From Okamejei kenojei (taxonomy: Eukaryota): DNA of 64,000 bases. Positions 13,525-25,999 of the stretch are shown here, one piece after another; position 1 is the stretch's first letter; each line of letters opens with the position of its first letter. Both the position numbers and the translations under genes were made by a program. The stretch lies in NCBI GenBank assembly GCA_035221665.1, contig CM069145.1, positions 61,132,001 to 61,196,000 of the forward strand, in the 5' to 3' direction. The notes below the pieces were generated by a model. That model ran no database searches, was not told the origin of the DNA, and saw only the letters and a list, made by a program, of their open reading frames with translations.

Positions 13525-13953
13525 ATGTCGGGGTGCATGTCAGGCCCGCCCGGTGATGTCGGGGATCAGCAGGCCTGGGTGCTGCGGTGGTTTGGTGAGT
13601 GGGGGCTCGGTGAGCGTGAGGAGTTCCTGGCGGAGCTGCTTGACCGGGTGGTGCCGGGGAAGGTGACGCAGTTACCGGGGTCACTGGGGCGCTCAGCCTG
13701 ACTCCTACACGGGGGGGTACGGCGGATCCCGGAGAGGGAACCATCCAGCTCCACGCCCCGGTCCCCCTCCATCTTCCGCTGCCAGCTGCGCCTGTGGGAC
13801 GGATGGTTCCGGAACTGGAGCGTTGACCAGCGCAACCTGCTGCTGCACCGGCTGGAAGAGCGAGCACCGGACTTCACCGACCGCCTGTACCGGGAGGTGG
13901 CACAGACCGCTGACCCACCGCCGGGGTCTGCCACTGACCGCGGACCCCCGTGA
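13525..13953 (+). CDS. C14orf119: C14orf119 homolog (DUF4508), single coding exon; in-frame TGA at 13699-13701 as assembled
   Basis: QQAWVLRWFGEWGLGEREEFLAELLDRVVPGKV...PSIFRCQLRLWDGWFRNWSVDQRNLLLHRLEERAPDFTDRLYREVAQTA matches recalled human C14orf119 (CILHWFANWSGPQRERFLEDLVAKAVPEK...PPSIFECQLHLWDQWFRGWAEQERNEFVRQLE..EPDFVAKFYQAVAATA). ATG directly follows a polypyrimidine/cag acceptor (13522-13524). Stop at 13951-13953. Confidence 0.92.
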
Positions 13954-13984
13954 CTCCCCCGCGGGGTCTGGCCCACTGTCTGCT

Positions 13985-14440
13985 GGGGGGGGGGGATAAG
14001 TGTTTGGGGGTTGGGGTAGAGGTGTATGGGGGTGGGGGGTGAGGTGTTTGGGGGTGGGGGGGTGAGGTGTTTGGGGTGGGGGTGAGGTGAGGGGGGTGAG
14101 GTGTTTGGGAGTGGGGGTGAAGGTGGTTTTGGAGTTGAGGGGGGTGAGGTGAGGGGGTGAGGTGAGGGGTGAGGTGTTTGGGGGTGGGGGGGGTGAGGTG
14201 ATTGGGGGGTGGGGGTGAGGTGTTTGGGAGTGGGGGGGGGAGGTGTTTTGGGGTGAGGGTGTGAGGTGTTTTGGGAGTGGGGGGTGAGTGTTTTGGGGTG
14301 AGGGGGGTGAGGTGAGGGGGGTGAGGTGAGGGGTGAGGGGTGAAGGTGTTTTGGGGTGGGGGGTGACGTGTTTGGGGTGTGGAGGGTGAGGTGAGGGGGG
14401 TGAGGTTTTGGAGTGGGGAGGGTGTGTGTTTGGTGGGGGG
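13985..14440 (+). repeat. G-rich simple repeat (GGGGTGAGGTGTTTT-like) in the putative C14orf119 3' UTR
   Basis: Reiterated ggggtgaggtgttt motif. Confidence 0.85.
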
Positions 14441-14472
14441 TCTCGCACTGTCTTTGGCAGTTCCAGGTGCTG

Positions 14473-14478
14473 AATAAA
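14473..14478 (+). terminator. Polyadenylation signal for C14orf119
   Basis: AATAAA in unique sequence ~520 nt after the stop, followed by GT-rich sequence. Confidence 0.6.
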
Positions 14479-14903
14479 AACCGTCTGCTCTGAGCGAGTC
14501 TGGTCCTGTGTGGGGACTGATGGTGGGGGGGGGGAGAGGGTGATGTTGGATAGTGGGGGGGGAGGGGGGTAAGGCTAGTGGGGCTAAGTAGGGTAGTGGG
14601 GGGTAGAGGGGGGAGTGATGCCAGAGGTGACGTAGAGGGGGTGCAAGTGGGGGGGGGGGTCTAGTGCGTCGGAACAGAGTCTGATCAACATTTCCTGATT
14701 CCCCAACGCCTCTCCTGTGTTTCCCCCTCCCAACCGCACTAAACTAACCCCTTAACCCCTCCCTCTCCCTAACCCTCCCCCTCTCCCTTTCTCCCCTCTC
14801 CCCTCCCTCTCCCCATGCTCCCCCCCCCGCCCCAGAAGGCATGAAAATCCTCGCCCCCGCTCCCATCCCCCCCCCCCCCAGGCTGTGCCCCCTCCCCCCG
14901 CCA

Positions 14904-16787
14904 CTAGGGCCTGTGTTTAATTTTCTTTTCCTTTTTTTTTCCCCCTCCCCCCCCTCTGCCCTGCGTGGGGGTGACCCCCACGCCCTCGCCCCCCCCCCCC
15001 CCCCCCCCCCCGCCCCCCCCCCCCAGGTCCCAGCGGCGAAACCCCCCCACCAGTGCCCCCACCACTACCAGCAGCACCCCCACTCGAGCCCCCCACCCCC
15101 CCCGCCCCCCCCCCTCCACCCCCACCCCCCCCCACCGTGTAAAAGCCCCCCACCCCCGCACCCCACCGACACGCCCTGGTTCCCCACTGGCCGGTCCCGT
15201 CACTGCATCTGCCAAGCTGTGGGGGGCCAAGAGAGAGGGTGGGGTCAGCCTGGGATCAAGAGTGGGGGGGGGAGGGGTGCAAGAGAGAGGGGGGGGTCAA
15301 GAGCCTGGGTGCAATAGAGGGGGGGGTAGAGGGATGAGGGAGGGGGAGAGGGCGAGGAGTGGGGCGAGGAGGGAGGACTGGGGGAGGGGGTCTATTAGAC
15401 AGACAGGTCAGACCACGAATTGGGAATATTGTGAGCAGTTATTGATTCGGGCCTCGTATCTGAGGGAGCTGAGCCGGCTCTGGAGAGGTGTCCAGAGGAG
15501 GTTTACAAGAACTATCCCAGATGAGTGGGTTAACCTATGATGAGCGTTTGGTACGCACGTGGGCCAGTACTCTCCAACTCCGCTGGAGTTAGAGGGGAAT
15601 GAGGGGGGACGCCTCATTTAAACGATACAGAACACAGTGTGGCGGCCTGGATAGAGTGGAATTTGGAGAGGATGTTTCCTGTTTCCACAAAGTGGGAGAG
15701 TCTAGGACCAGAGGGCACAGCCTCAGAATTAAAGGGGACGTACTTCCATTATGAACGATGAGGAGGAATTAATCAGAGCCATAGGGGTGTGTGAATCTGT
15801 GGGATTCTATGCCACAGAGCGCGGAGGAGAGGCCACAAGTCGTGGATATAATTTTAAGACAGAATAGAGATATATAGTTTGTGTAAGCAGTAAACTGCAG
15901 ATGCCGGTTTTAAATTATCGAAATAGACATCAAGTGCTGGAGTAACTCGGAGGGAACAGGCAGCATCTGTGGAGCGACGGAATGGGGGAACGTTTCGGGT
16001 CGAGACCCTTCTTTCCAGGACTGATGTCGGGATGGGTGGACCAGCGATAGAATGCAAGCGGAGGACAGTGAGACTAGTGGTAGAACTGGGAAGGGGAGGG
16101 ATGGAGAGAGAGGGAAAGCAAAGACGGGAGGGAATGGAGAGAGAGGAAAGCGCAGGACAAGGTATAGAGGTCATTGATTCCTCACAGCTGGGTGTAACCT
16201 ACCCAATCTGGAATATGAGGTGCAGCTCCTCCTAATTATTAACACGGGACTCAACTCTGGGCCATGGATGAGGCCCAGGACATAAAGGTCGGATTGAGAA
16301 TGGGAGGGGTAGTTGAAAGTGCAAGCCCAACCTGGAGATTGGGGCCGAATGGCCTTATTGGGGGGGGGGGGGGGGGGTGGGGGGGGGGGGGCTGTTTCCG
16401 ATAACGCCGCTTGGGGGTGGGTGGTAATCGGTGTAAGGGGAGGTCCAGTTTGGGGACCAGGGGAGGGGCAAAGAGGAGGGGGTAATGATGTGGGGAGAGT
16501 CAGAGAGGGGGGGGTCGTCACGAGTGGAGGGGAGGGGGGTAGATGAAGCCCCCCCCCCCCCCCCAACACTGACCTGGCCACCAAGCAGGTGCATCTCCGG
16601 TCCGTGTAGCGGGGCCGCCCACCCCAGGTGAGGTGGTTTCCGGGTCCGCAGCTGAGCTGTTGCTGGAGGCCGCCCCCATCAAGAAGTGGGCACTCGCCCC
16701 CCCCCCACCTCGCCCCCCCACAGCTCGCACACGCACAGGTGTGTGGGGAGGTGGGATCCACAGAGCCCGCGCAACAACATTTGCTGT
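14904..16787 (-). CDS. Two candidate final exons (16787-16574 and 15216-14904) of a single-pass membrane protein convergent with C14orf119; possibly CIROP/LMLN2
   Basis: Exon A has a cccaacccag acceptor and gtcagt donor and is Cys-rich (...ECPLLDGGGLQQQLSCGPGNHLTWGGRPRYTDRRCTCLVA). It joins in phase 2 to exon B (ccccccacag acceptor) reading SLADAVTGP...RVGVLLVVVGALVGGF, a TM-like stretch. ATTAAA lies at 14921-14916, just before the assembled stop, so the true stop is probably earlier. Identity is inferred mainly from recalled human synteny, and the sequence is error-prone. Confidence 0.35.
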
Positions 16788-17280
16788 CTGGGTTGGGGGG
16801 AGAATCACCATAGTCACCCAGCAACGGAAACAGCCCCCATTTGGCCCCCCGGCCGCAACCCTCGCCCAACGGACCGCCCCACAAGCCCCCCCACCTCCTG
16901 GCAGCGTCGTTCCATACACCCGACCCCACCACCCTCTTGAGTGAAAACGTTACCGACCCTGTGATTCCTATAAAATCTTTTTCCCCTTCACCTCGTGTCC
17001 CTGTCCTCTCGATTTTTCCCCTCACTGGGCAGAGACTCTGTGCAACAAACCCGATCCTATTCCTCTCATTGATTTTATCACCTCTATAAATCTCCCCTCA
17101 TTCATCCTCCTGCGCTCCATGGAATAGAGACCCACCAGCCTGCTCAGCCTCTTACCCTGTAGCTACACACCCTCTAGTCCTCTGGCAACACCCGTTAAAT
17201 CTTCTCTGAACCCATTCACGTCTTGACCAATTATTTTCCAAACAGGGCGAACCAAAACTGAACACAATACTCTAAATGTT
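15400..17280. mobile_element. Degraded or error-rich CR1 fragments (+15400-15870, -17000-17280) and a Penelope-like 3' end (-15880-16360)
   Basis: CR1 motifs (VQRRFTR, 'ggagagtctaggaccagagggcacagcctcagaatt'). Penelope terminal block 'acgtttcgggtcgagaccctt' and a GIY-YIG remnant. Confidence 0.7.
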
Positions 17281-17587
17281 TCAGACGGAACTTCAGGATG
17301 CTGGAAAATCGAGGTAGATAAAAAAGCCGGAGAAAACTCAGCGGTGAGTCAGCATTTTATGGAGTGAAGAAATAGGCAACGTTTTCGGGCCGAAAACCTA
17401 AAAACCCTGAAGTTTATTCACTTTTTAAAGAATGCGGGAGAGAGAAAACAGGAATTATAAACCAGTTAGCCTGACATCGTGGTGGGGAAGATGCTGGATT
17501 CTATTATAAAAGATAGATAGCGTCCAATAGGATACAAGTGAAACAAGGATCGGATCCAGTCAGCATGGATCACGAAGGGGATAATCA

Positions 17588-18087
17588 NNNNNNNNNNNNN
17601 NNNNNNNNNNNNNNNNNNNNNNNNNNNNNNNNNNNNNNNNNNNNNNNNNNNNNNNNNNNNNNNNNNNNNNNNNNNNNNNNNNNNNNNNNNNNNNNNNNNN
17701 NNNNNNNNNNNNNNNNNNNNNNNNNNNNNNNNNNNNNNNNNNNNNNNNNNNNNNNNNNNNNNNNNNNNNNNNNNNNNNNNNNNNNNNNNNNNNNNNNNNN
17801 NNNNNNNNNNNNNNNNNNNNNNNNNNNNNNNNNNNNNNNNNNNNNNNNNNNNNNNNNNNNNNNNNNNNNNNNNNNNNNNNNNNNNNNNNNNNNNNNNNNN
17901 NNNNNNNNNNNNNNNNNNNNNNNNNNNNNNNNNNNNNNNNNNNNNNNNNNNNNNNNNNNNNNNNNNNNNNNNNNNNNNNNNNNNNNNNNNNNNNNNNNNN
18001 NNNNNNNNNNNNNNNNNNNNNNNNNNNNNNNNNNNNNNNNNNNNNNNNNNNNNNNNNNNNNNNNNNNNNNNNNNNNNNNNNNNNNNN
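17588..18087. other. Assembly gap (500 N)
   Basis: Run of N. Confidence 1.
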
Positions 18088-21000
18088 GTTTGTGGGCTAA
18101 CTCTACCTATACTTGCTTCGCATTCAATCAACGGAGTGATACTATCTTCTCCCTCTAACCTCTCTGTTTCCTGCCTTCTCCCCACAACCCCTGACACTCG
18201 CCCAGTCTAAATCAACAATCCTACCTCCCCCCATAATCTCTGCCTTAAATATATCCACTGACTTGTGGCCTCCTCCGCGTCATGTGCACCTGGTCAACGA
18301 ATCCCACAGTTCACCACCCCTGGACCCTAAAGAATTCTCTCCCACTCATCTCCTCCTTCTTAAAAGAACGTCCTTTAATTCTGCAGCCTGTGCCCCTCTG
18401 GGCGTCTAGACTCTCACTACTGGATGTGAAACATCCTGCTCCACATCACTCTATCCAGGCCGCCCACCTGTTCTGTACTGGTTCTCAATGATGGTCCCCC
18501 CCTCATTACTTCTAAACTCAGCGAAGTACACGACCAGACGTCCCTGACATAGACCGCCTCATCCATGGTTAACCCACTTCGTCATTGGGGGTGCATTCTT
18601 GTAAACTCTCCTCTGGACCCTCTCAGAACAGCACATCCTTCCTCAGCTACGGGGCCCAAACATAGTCACAAATGATCCTAATGCTGACAGCTAGGCAGCC
18701 CCTTTACTAGAGACCTCTGCAACATCCGGGTTTTTGTTACAAAAGCTCTCAATAGAATATAAGAAATGCCTAGCATTGAAAACATGACTGAAGTAGCAGC
18801 CTTCTCCTCGCGAGTCACCCCCCCCCCCGCCACCTAGCATTGTTATTGTGCGGGAGGAAGGAGTGCATCCTACACGCTGGCCCTTCTAGTCCTGCGTCAT
18901 CAACGCGCATTCTGCCACCTCAGCATGGGGCAGCTGCACAGGATGCGCGCGGGAGACTGTAGGATTGTGTCGGCACTTTGTAGTTATACTGCAGTATGAG
19001 CACAGGCATAAGCCAGTGCTGAAATCATTTAAGAAGGAATGCAGATGCTAGGAATAAATCAAAGCGTAGACAAAATATGCTGTGATGAACTCAGCGGGTG
19101 AGGCAGCATCGTATGCGAGCAAAGAGATCAGTGATGTTCTCGACGTTCGCAGACCCAGAAGGCGTCTGCAAAGCCGAAAATGTTCACCTATCTCCTGTTG
19201 CGCCTCCATAGATGCCTGCCCATCGCGGCTGAGTTTCCGGTAAGGGTTCTCGACCCTGAAACGTTATCTACCATAATTCCTCTCGCTCCATAGATCGCAT
19301 ATATTTCGCCGTCACCCACTTGAGATTTCTCAACCGTTTTTTGTCTACTTCTGAATTATATATTATACACCGGAAACCCATTTTAAATATCAAAGCCTGT
19401 AAATTGTCGGGAGAGTTATGGCGGATCGAAGGTAGAGAGATATGGAGCTTAGGACGGGCAGAGATTAGATAGATCAGCCTATGGGTTGATTAGGTGCAGT
19501 AGGCTTGATGGGCCGAGAGGCCCTTAAAAAATTCTGCACTTCCTATCACTATGATCTTTATGAAGCAGGATCACAAAACACTGATCAGTCTGCGCTTCTC
19601 GGGAGGTGGAACATGGATGTAAAATGGGCCGAAATTCAGTAGCGTAACACAGAAACTTTAAGACAACTGAGTGTAGCAAGGGAGGAGGCCATTCCAGGAC
19701 CATTCGCAGCCCAGCACCGCCATTCCACTGTGATCATCGGCTGGGCAACATCCCAAGCTTAGTACCCACCGTTCTGCTTATCTCCCCATAATCCCTTGAT
19801 TCCTTTAAGCCTAAGAGCTCCTCTCAAACTCTCTCTTGAAAACATCCAGTGAATTTTGCGCCTACCATATACTGCTTATTCTGCCCAGGCAGACGAATGC
19901 CACCAGATTCACAAATCTCTGGCGTGTAAAGCTGTTTAGTCCCCGTCTTTTCCTCATTGCTCAGTTCTAAATAAGCCTAAACCCCTTTATTCTTAATCTA
20001 GTATGCCCTGTCGTTCTGGTACTCCCCCAACATGCCTGCAATTCGTTTTTCTGCAGATTCTAACGTTGTCAGAATCTTTAAAAATTTGACATAGTTTTCT
20101 ATAAGATCGTTCTCCTCATCTTTCATAAATTTCATGAAGTATTTACAAGCAACAGGGCCAGACCTCCATTCCTTTGAACATATGACAGTCCCGACCATTC
20201 CCGGGAATTAACTTGGGTAGAACCTACTGCTGCCGGCGTCCACTCAATAGCAAGAATGTCCTTCCTCATATTAGGCGGGATCAGAACAGCAACACAAATA
20301 TCTCAGGTGTGGATCTCACCAGGGCCCCTGTACTAACAAGCCATTTAGTCCTGAAGAAGGGTCTATCTGACCCGAAATGTCCACCCAATCCTTCTCTCCG
20401 ACGATGTGCCCCTTTTGTCCGTTGAGTTACTCCAGCCTTTTTGTGTCATATCTGCAGGTAGGATCTCCTTGCTCCTAAGCTCAATCCTCTCTTCACTGCC
20501 CTGGTTACTGACGCTGTACCTGTTTTCTACTTTTCAGTGAACTGACGAGCAAGGCACAAGGCAGATCTCATTGTATCTTCTTTTCAGTAATCTCGACATC
20601 AATTCAGATAGTAATCTAGCCATTCCTGTTGCTTGCCACCAAAAGTTGGACAGCCTCACATTTTTATCCCAACATTTATACTGCATCTCTGCCATGCATT
20701 CCCATTCTTATTTTTTTTTTTTAACCCAACCTGTCCAATGGTCTACCTCTGTGCCATTCCTCATAGCATCTCTCTCCATCGTAAGCTCACACTAGCCCAC
20801 GCCAGCCTTTGTGTCATCTGCAAATTGGAGACGGATATTACATTTATTTCTCTCATCTATAATCATTAATATATATTGTAAACAACTAGGTTGGGTGTAC
20901 CAGCAACGAGCCTAATGTCGTTGGCTTCTCCACTCTAGGTCACTGCCTGCCATTCCCGAAAAAAGAGATCCTGTTAATTCAACAGTCCTACATTTCATTC

Positions 21001-21360
21001 TTGATAAATCTTATACTCTCGTTTCCCTTGATCCCTGACAGTCTGAAGTAGGGTCTCGACCCGAAACGTCGTCCTATCTCCATTCGCCCTCCTTAGATGC
21101 TGCTGCACCGCTGAGTTTCTCCAGCCCTTGCCTGTACCCCGTTAACACTTCCTACTCTCTTGCTATCTGTCCTGCCCAACCAGTTCCTTCAGTATCCAGT
21201 TATCATTATTAATTTCCAAATGACCGCTGCTCTAATGGAAATATCTTAATAATCGACTCCAGCATCTTGCCCCCCACTACCGAGTTAGTAAGGCTTAACT
21301 GGTTACTACAATTCATGTTTTGCTCTCTCGCCTTCATCTTTCATTAAAAAGGGGGATTAC
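18088..21360. mobile_element. Indel-riddled CR1 fragments (mostly minus strand) and Penelope/SINE termini
   Basis: Recognisable CR1 3' sequence and 'ccgctgagtttctccagc' blocks broken by many 1-2-nt indels. Confidence 0.7.
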
Positions 21361-23716
21361 ATATTTCGAGCCTACTTTCAGGGAATGTTGTGGGCCAAAG
21401 AGGTTTGGGAAGGAACACTGCAGTGCTGCGTTCACAATGAAGATAGGGCAACAGAGTGCTGTATCGTAACTCAGTGGGACGAGCAGCAATGCTCTGGAGA
21501 GAAGGAAATGGGTGACGTTTTTAAGATGGGCTCCGAAGACCCTTTTCTTAAGGACTATATTATGCCGTCCAAACAGCATCCAGGCAAACACTATTCAGGT
21601 CATAACTCAACAGTGGAAACATGTAGATGGTAATAGGATTTACAGTTTAGTTCAGAGACACCAGAACACCAACAGGCCTCTTCAAGCCCAACTGACCAGC
21701 TGATCACATGACCACATCTAGTTTTGTTACATTCACTTTTCACGTGCACTCGCCAGCCAAACGCATGTATGACTGCCGGAGGATGGTGGTCTCCGAATGG
21801 CCCTTATCGGTGCTGCTTCACCTTCTAGACAGGATATAACCCCAATGATCTGACCACTGAAACTCAGACAGCCCTGACCGTCCTTGATCCACCTAGCCCC
21901 TGTAACGCTGACACCACCCCATGTACACCATGCTCCCCTCCCCCACCTCCCTCGCATTTCCCCACCCCCCACTATGCCCTCCCTCCGGCCATCCCGGCAA
22001 GAAAGATACTGCCAGATGCGGTTAAAAATCAAAGGTAGAGACACAAAATGCTGGGTAGCATAACTCAGCGGTGTTGACAGGCAGCTAAGCATCTCTGGAG
22101 ATAAGGATTATGGCTACGCTTTCGCGGTTTAGAGACCCTTCTATCCCCTCGCCATCCCCTTTCACTTCCAGCTTAAGACTCCCCTACTGCCCTCCACTCG
22201 CCATACCTCCTAGCCCCCTCCCCCAAATGTACCACACACTCTTCCCGCATCATTGCCTGCTGCCGCCCCTCTACTCGCGCCCACCGCTCCCAAGCCCCCT
22301 ATTGCCCCCACAAAACTCCCTCGCTCACCTCTATAGCTGTGGCACCGTTCCATCTAGCAGGAATGCTGATTATGGCGGTGGCCGGATGTCACTGATGGTG
22401 GAGAGAGGAGTACAGACAGTTCGCATAGCGCACCGCCGGGGAATCTGCAGGGGAGAGAGACAGAGGGGGTGAAAGGGAATTTGGCCATGATACTAGCCCA
22501 CCAGGAACAGGACAGGGCCAGTGAGTCATATGTGTCGCTGTGCTGTGTGGGGCGTCACGAGGGGGGGGTGGCGCGAGGTGTCCAGAGCGTTCCATCCCAC
22601 CCCCAATCCGTTATGTTCCAAGGACCAGGCAGCAGACATGAGGCCATATCAGCAAGCCCATCACTTATGATCCATCTCTATCCCTCTAACCATCACATTC
22701 CCCTTGACCCTGAGATACCCACAGACGGCCAAAGCTCAATACCCAGCCCACGCCATGCTGTCGAAGACGAGAATGACAACCAATCAGAGCTCCATAGGTG
22801 ACTCCACTGCCCCCACTCCCAGTCTGTACAATCACAGCTCTCCCCCACCCCCAGGCCCCCGGGGTCTTGCTGCGCGGGCGACCGGGGATTGGGGTGGGAA
22901 CCCGGCCGGAAGCCGGGGAGTGAAGGGGGTCCAGGTAACCTAGGGCCGGTGGATTCGGCGCATGGATTACACGACGGGAGGTGGGGAACCGGCTGGCCGC
23001 GCATGGTGATAGCGGGGAATCCAGGCGGCGGTGAGGGGGTTAATTGTGGGGAACGGCGGGAGCGGGGCTGAGGGGGAGCGTGGTTGAGGGGGGAGCAGGT
23101 TGGGGAGCGGTGTAAGCCGGGGTTCTAACTCAGGGACGCGGGAGCGGGGCGTTAACCCGGGGGCCGGTGCCGGACGAGGGGGAGGGCCGAGTGGTGGAGG
23201 GGTGAGCAGGGGGTAAACATGGGGTGAGTCGGTTTGTATAACCGCTCTGCGTAACCAGGGCCAGGGCAGGGAGGCTCTCGGCCTCACTCCATCGCCGCGG
23301 CCCCGGCCTAGGCCGCCAGCGCGCCCCCGAAAAAGATAGGCATGCGCTCATCGCTGGCCAGAAGCGGAAGTCATCAGCTTGCCCCCACTGCCACAAAAGA
23401 TGCGCCTTGGCTCGGTAATGCGGCGCCCGAGGGGGGTAGGCTGTATGTAAGGGCGAGTCTGGGCTAGCGGATAAATCGTGTACAACGACGCTCCTCTGCG
23501 GCAAGCGACCGCTCGCGAGTCTCGCCCCCACATCCCTGCCCTTATGCTTGCCAGCAACGCGCTTGCCCGTCTAACCTAAGGGGGGCGGCGGGGGCGTGGA
23601 CACCAGGCGCGGAATCTGCGTCCGGTCTCCAGCCTCTTCCCCCTGGCCCCGAGCGACGGTTTCCATCCCGCGGCCAGTTCGACTGTTTGTCCCCTCACCC
23701 GCGGTGACGCGCCCGC

Positions 23717-25316
23717 TAACAAGATGGCCGCGCCGGGCGCCCCCCCCCCCCCCCGCCCCCCCCCCCCCCCCCCCCCCGCGCCCCCTCCCCGCGCCCCGCA
23801 ACACGATGCCCCCCCCCCCGCCCCCCCCCCCCGCCCGCAACACGGATGGCGCGCCCCACTGCCACGCGCCCCGCAACAAGATGGCCGCGCCGCTCGCCCC
23901 CTCCCGCGCCCCGCAACACGATGGCCGCGCCCCCTCCCCGCGCCCCGCAACACGATGGCCGCGCCCCCTACCCGCGCCGCAACAAGATGGCCGCGCAGCC
24001 CCGGCAACAAGATGGCCGCGCCTCCTCCCCGCGCCGCATCCTCCCCGCGAACAATAAACCCACACACAACAAAAATGGCCCCCCCGCTCCCTCACACCCC
24101 GCGCCCCGCAACAAGATGCCGCGCCCCCTCCCGGCCGCCAACTATCGATAGTGCCGCGACTCCCCTCCCGCCGGCCACCGCAACAAGATTGGCCGCGCCC
24201 TTCCCGCGCCCCGCCAACAAGATGGCCGCGCCCCCTTCACCCGCGTCCTTCCCCGCACCACACGATCGGCCGCCTCCCCGCGCGCGCAACAAGATGGCCT
24301 GCGCCCTCCTCCCGCCGCCCCGCAACAAGTGGATGCGCGCCTCCTCCACGCGCCGCCGCCCAACAAGATGGCCGCGCCCCGCAACAAGATGGCGCGCCTC
24401 CTCCCCGCGACCCCTTGCAACAAGATGCGCCGGCCTCCTTCCCGCGCCCCGCAACAAAAGTGGCCGCGCCTCCTCACCGCGCACGCACCCGCAACAAGAT
24501 GGCCGCCGCCTCCTCTCACGCGCCCCGCCCAGATGGCCGCAGACCCCCCTCCCCGCGTGGCCGCGCCCCCTCCCCCGCCCCCCCGCACAAGATGGCCGCG
24601 CCTCCTCCACGCTGCCCCAGCTAACAAGACGCCCCGCAAACAAGATGCCGCGCCGCAGCAAGATGGCCGCGCCCCGCCAACAAGATGGCCGCGCCTCCAC
24701 GCGCCCCGCCCTAAACAGGATGGCCGCCGCCCTACCTCACGCGCCCCGCGCGGCCAACATGGCCGCCGCCCCTCGCAAGATGGCCGCGCCTCCTCTCTAC
24801 GCCGGCCAGTTGGCCGCGACCCCGCAACAAGATTGGGCGGCGCCTCCCCCCCCGCAACAAGATCGCCCCGCCAGCAAACAGGCCGCGCCCTCCCCAAGAT
24901 TGCCGCGCCCCTCCACGCAACAAGATGGGCCCCCCCCGCCAACACGATTGGCCTCCTCCACGCGCCCCGCAGCAAAATGGCCGCCCCGCAACAAGATGGC
25001 CGCGCCTCCTCCCCGCGCTCCCGCAACAAGATCGGCAGCCGCCCGCCCCCGCAACAAGTATGGCCGCGCCTCCGCATCCACGCGCCCCCGGGCAGCAAGA
25101 TGGCCCGCGCCTACTCCACGCTCCCCGCAACAAGATGGCCGCGCCCCCCTCCCCGCGCCCCGCAACAAGATGGCCGCGGCCCCCGCCCCGCGCCCCCGCA
25201 ACAAAAAGGCCGCGCCTCCTCCCCGCGCCCCCGCAACATGATGGCCGCGCCTCTCCCCGCGCCCCGCAGCAAGATGGCGCCCCGCAGCAAGATGGCGCCT
25301 CCGCTGCCCGCGCCCA
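23717..25316 (+). repeat. CpG-rich minisatellite, ~30-35-bp unit CCCCGCAACAAGATGGCCGCGCC(T)CCTCCCCGCG, with a YY1 consensus in each unit
   Basis: Dozens of (C)AAGATGGCCGC copies, all in the same orientation. Confidence 0.9.
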
Positions 25317-25999
25317 GATTATAATCAAACACTTGGCCCATGTTGACCAACCTGGGTCTCACCTGCACACCGGGTTACTACTCTCTAACCCTGACTCCAG
25401 TTGCATACCTTCTCTCATTGCCTGTCCCTGAGTCCAGCCCTACACCTGGCCCCCTATTTTACCTGATCATAGCCCATGCTTACTTATTCTGCTTAGGTTC
25501 CACAGTGCTGCAAAACACACCCCTGGTCCCAGCTTTGACTGCACACCTAGTACTATTCCAGACCTTGACTCTGGATGCACACTTGGCCTTGCTCCTAGCC
25601 CCTTTGCACTGACAATATATCTGGCCCACACATAAAGCCCCATATCTGACCCCCTAGATTTAACCTATTACGTTCAAGTCCACAGGTGCTTATCTAATGC
25701 AGTGATCCTTTATGGGGCACTTCACAGACAAAATTATGGATAACAAAATTTACTACATCAATTAGCTTCCTAGTTATCTAACATGCTAGTAACTTTGTCA
25801 AAGAAGTCATCAATTGGTTGAACACAATTTCTCATGCATAAAATTATACGGGTTTAAATTGCACGGGTTATTGATAGCGGATTGATAGCGGACGATCAGC
25901 CATGATCACAATGAATGGCGGTGCTGGCTCGAAGGGCCGAATGGCCTCCTCCTGCACCTATTGTCTATGTTCTATACTCACTCAGCTGAATAAGTATTA

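Noticed and set aside
8863-13538. Gly/Val- or Pro/Thr-rich ORFs resembling extensins or mucins
   Set aside because: Products of the G-rich satellite.
17466-18197. ORFs spanning the N run
   Set aside because: Gap artefacts.
18088-22100. Apparently hyper-diverged CR1/SINE copies suggesting hypermutation or a novel family
   Set aside because: Dense 1-2-nt indels next to a gap are typical of low-coverage long-read consensus error.
23571-25431. Long Pro/Ala/Arg-rich ORFs (up to 505 aa)
   Set aside because: Translations of the GC-rich minisatellite; open in several frames on both strands.
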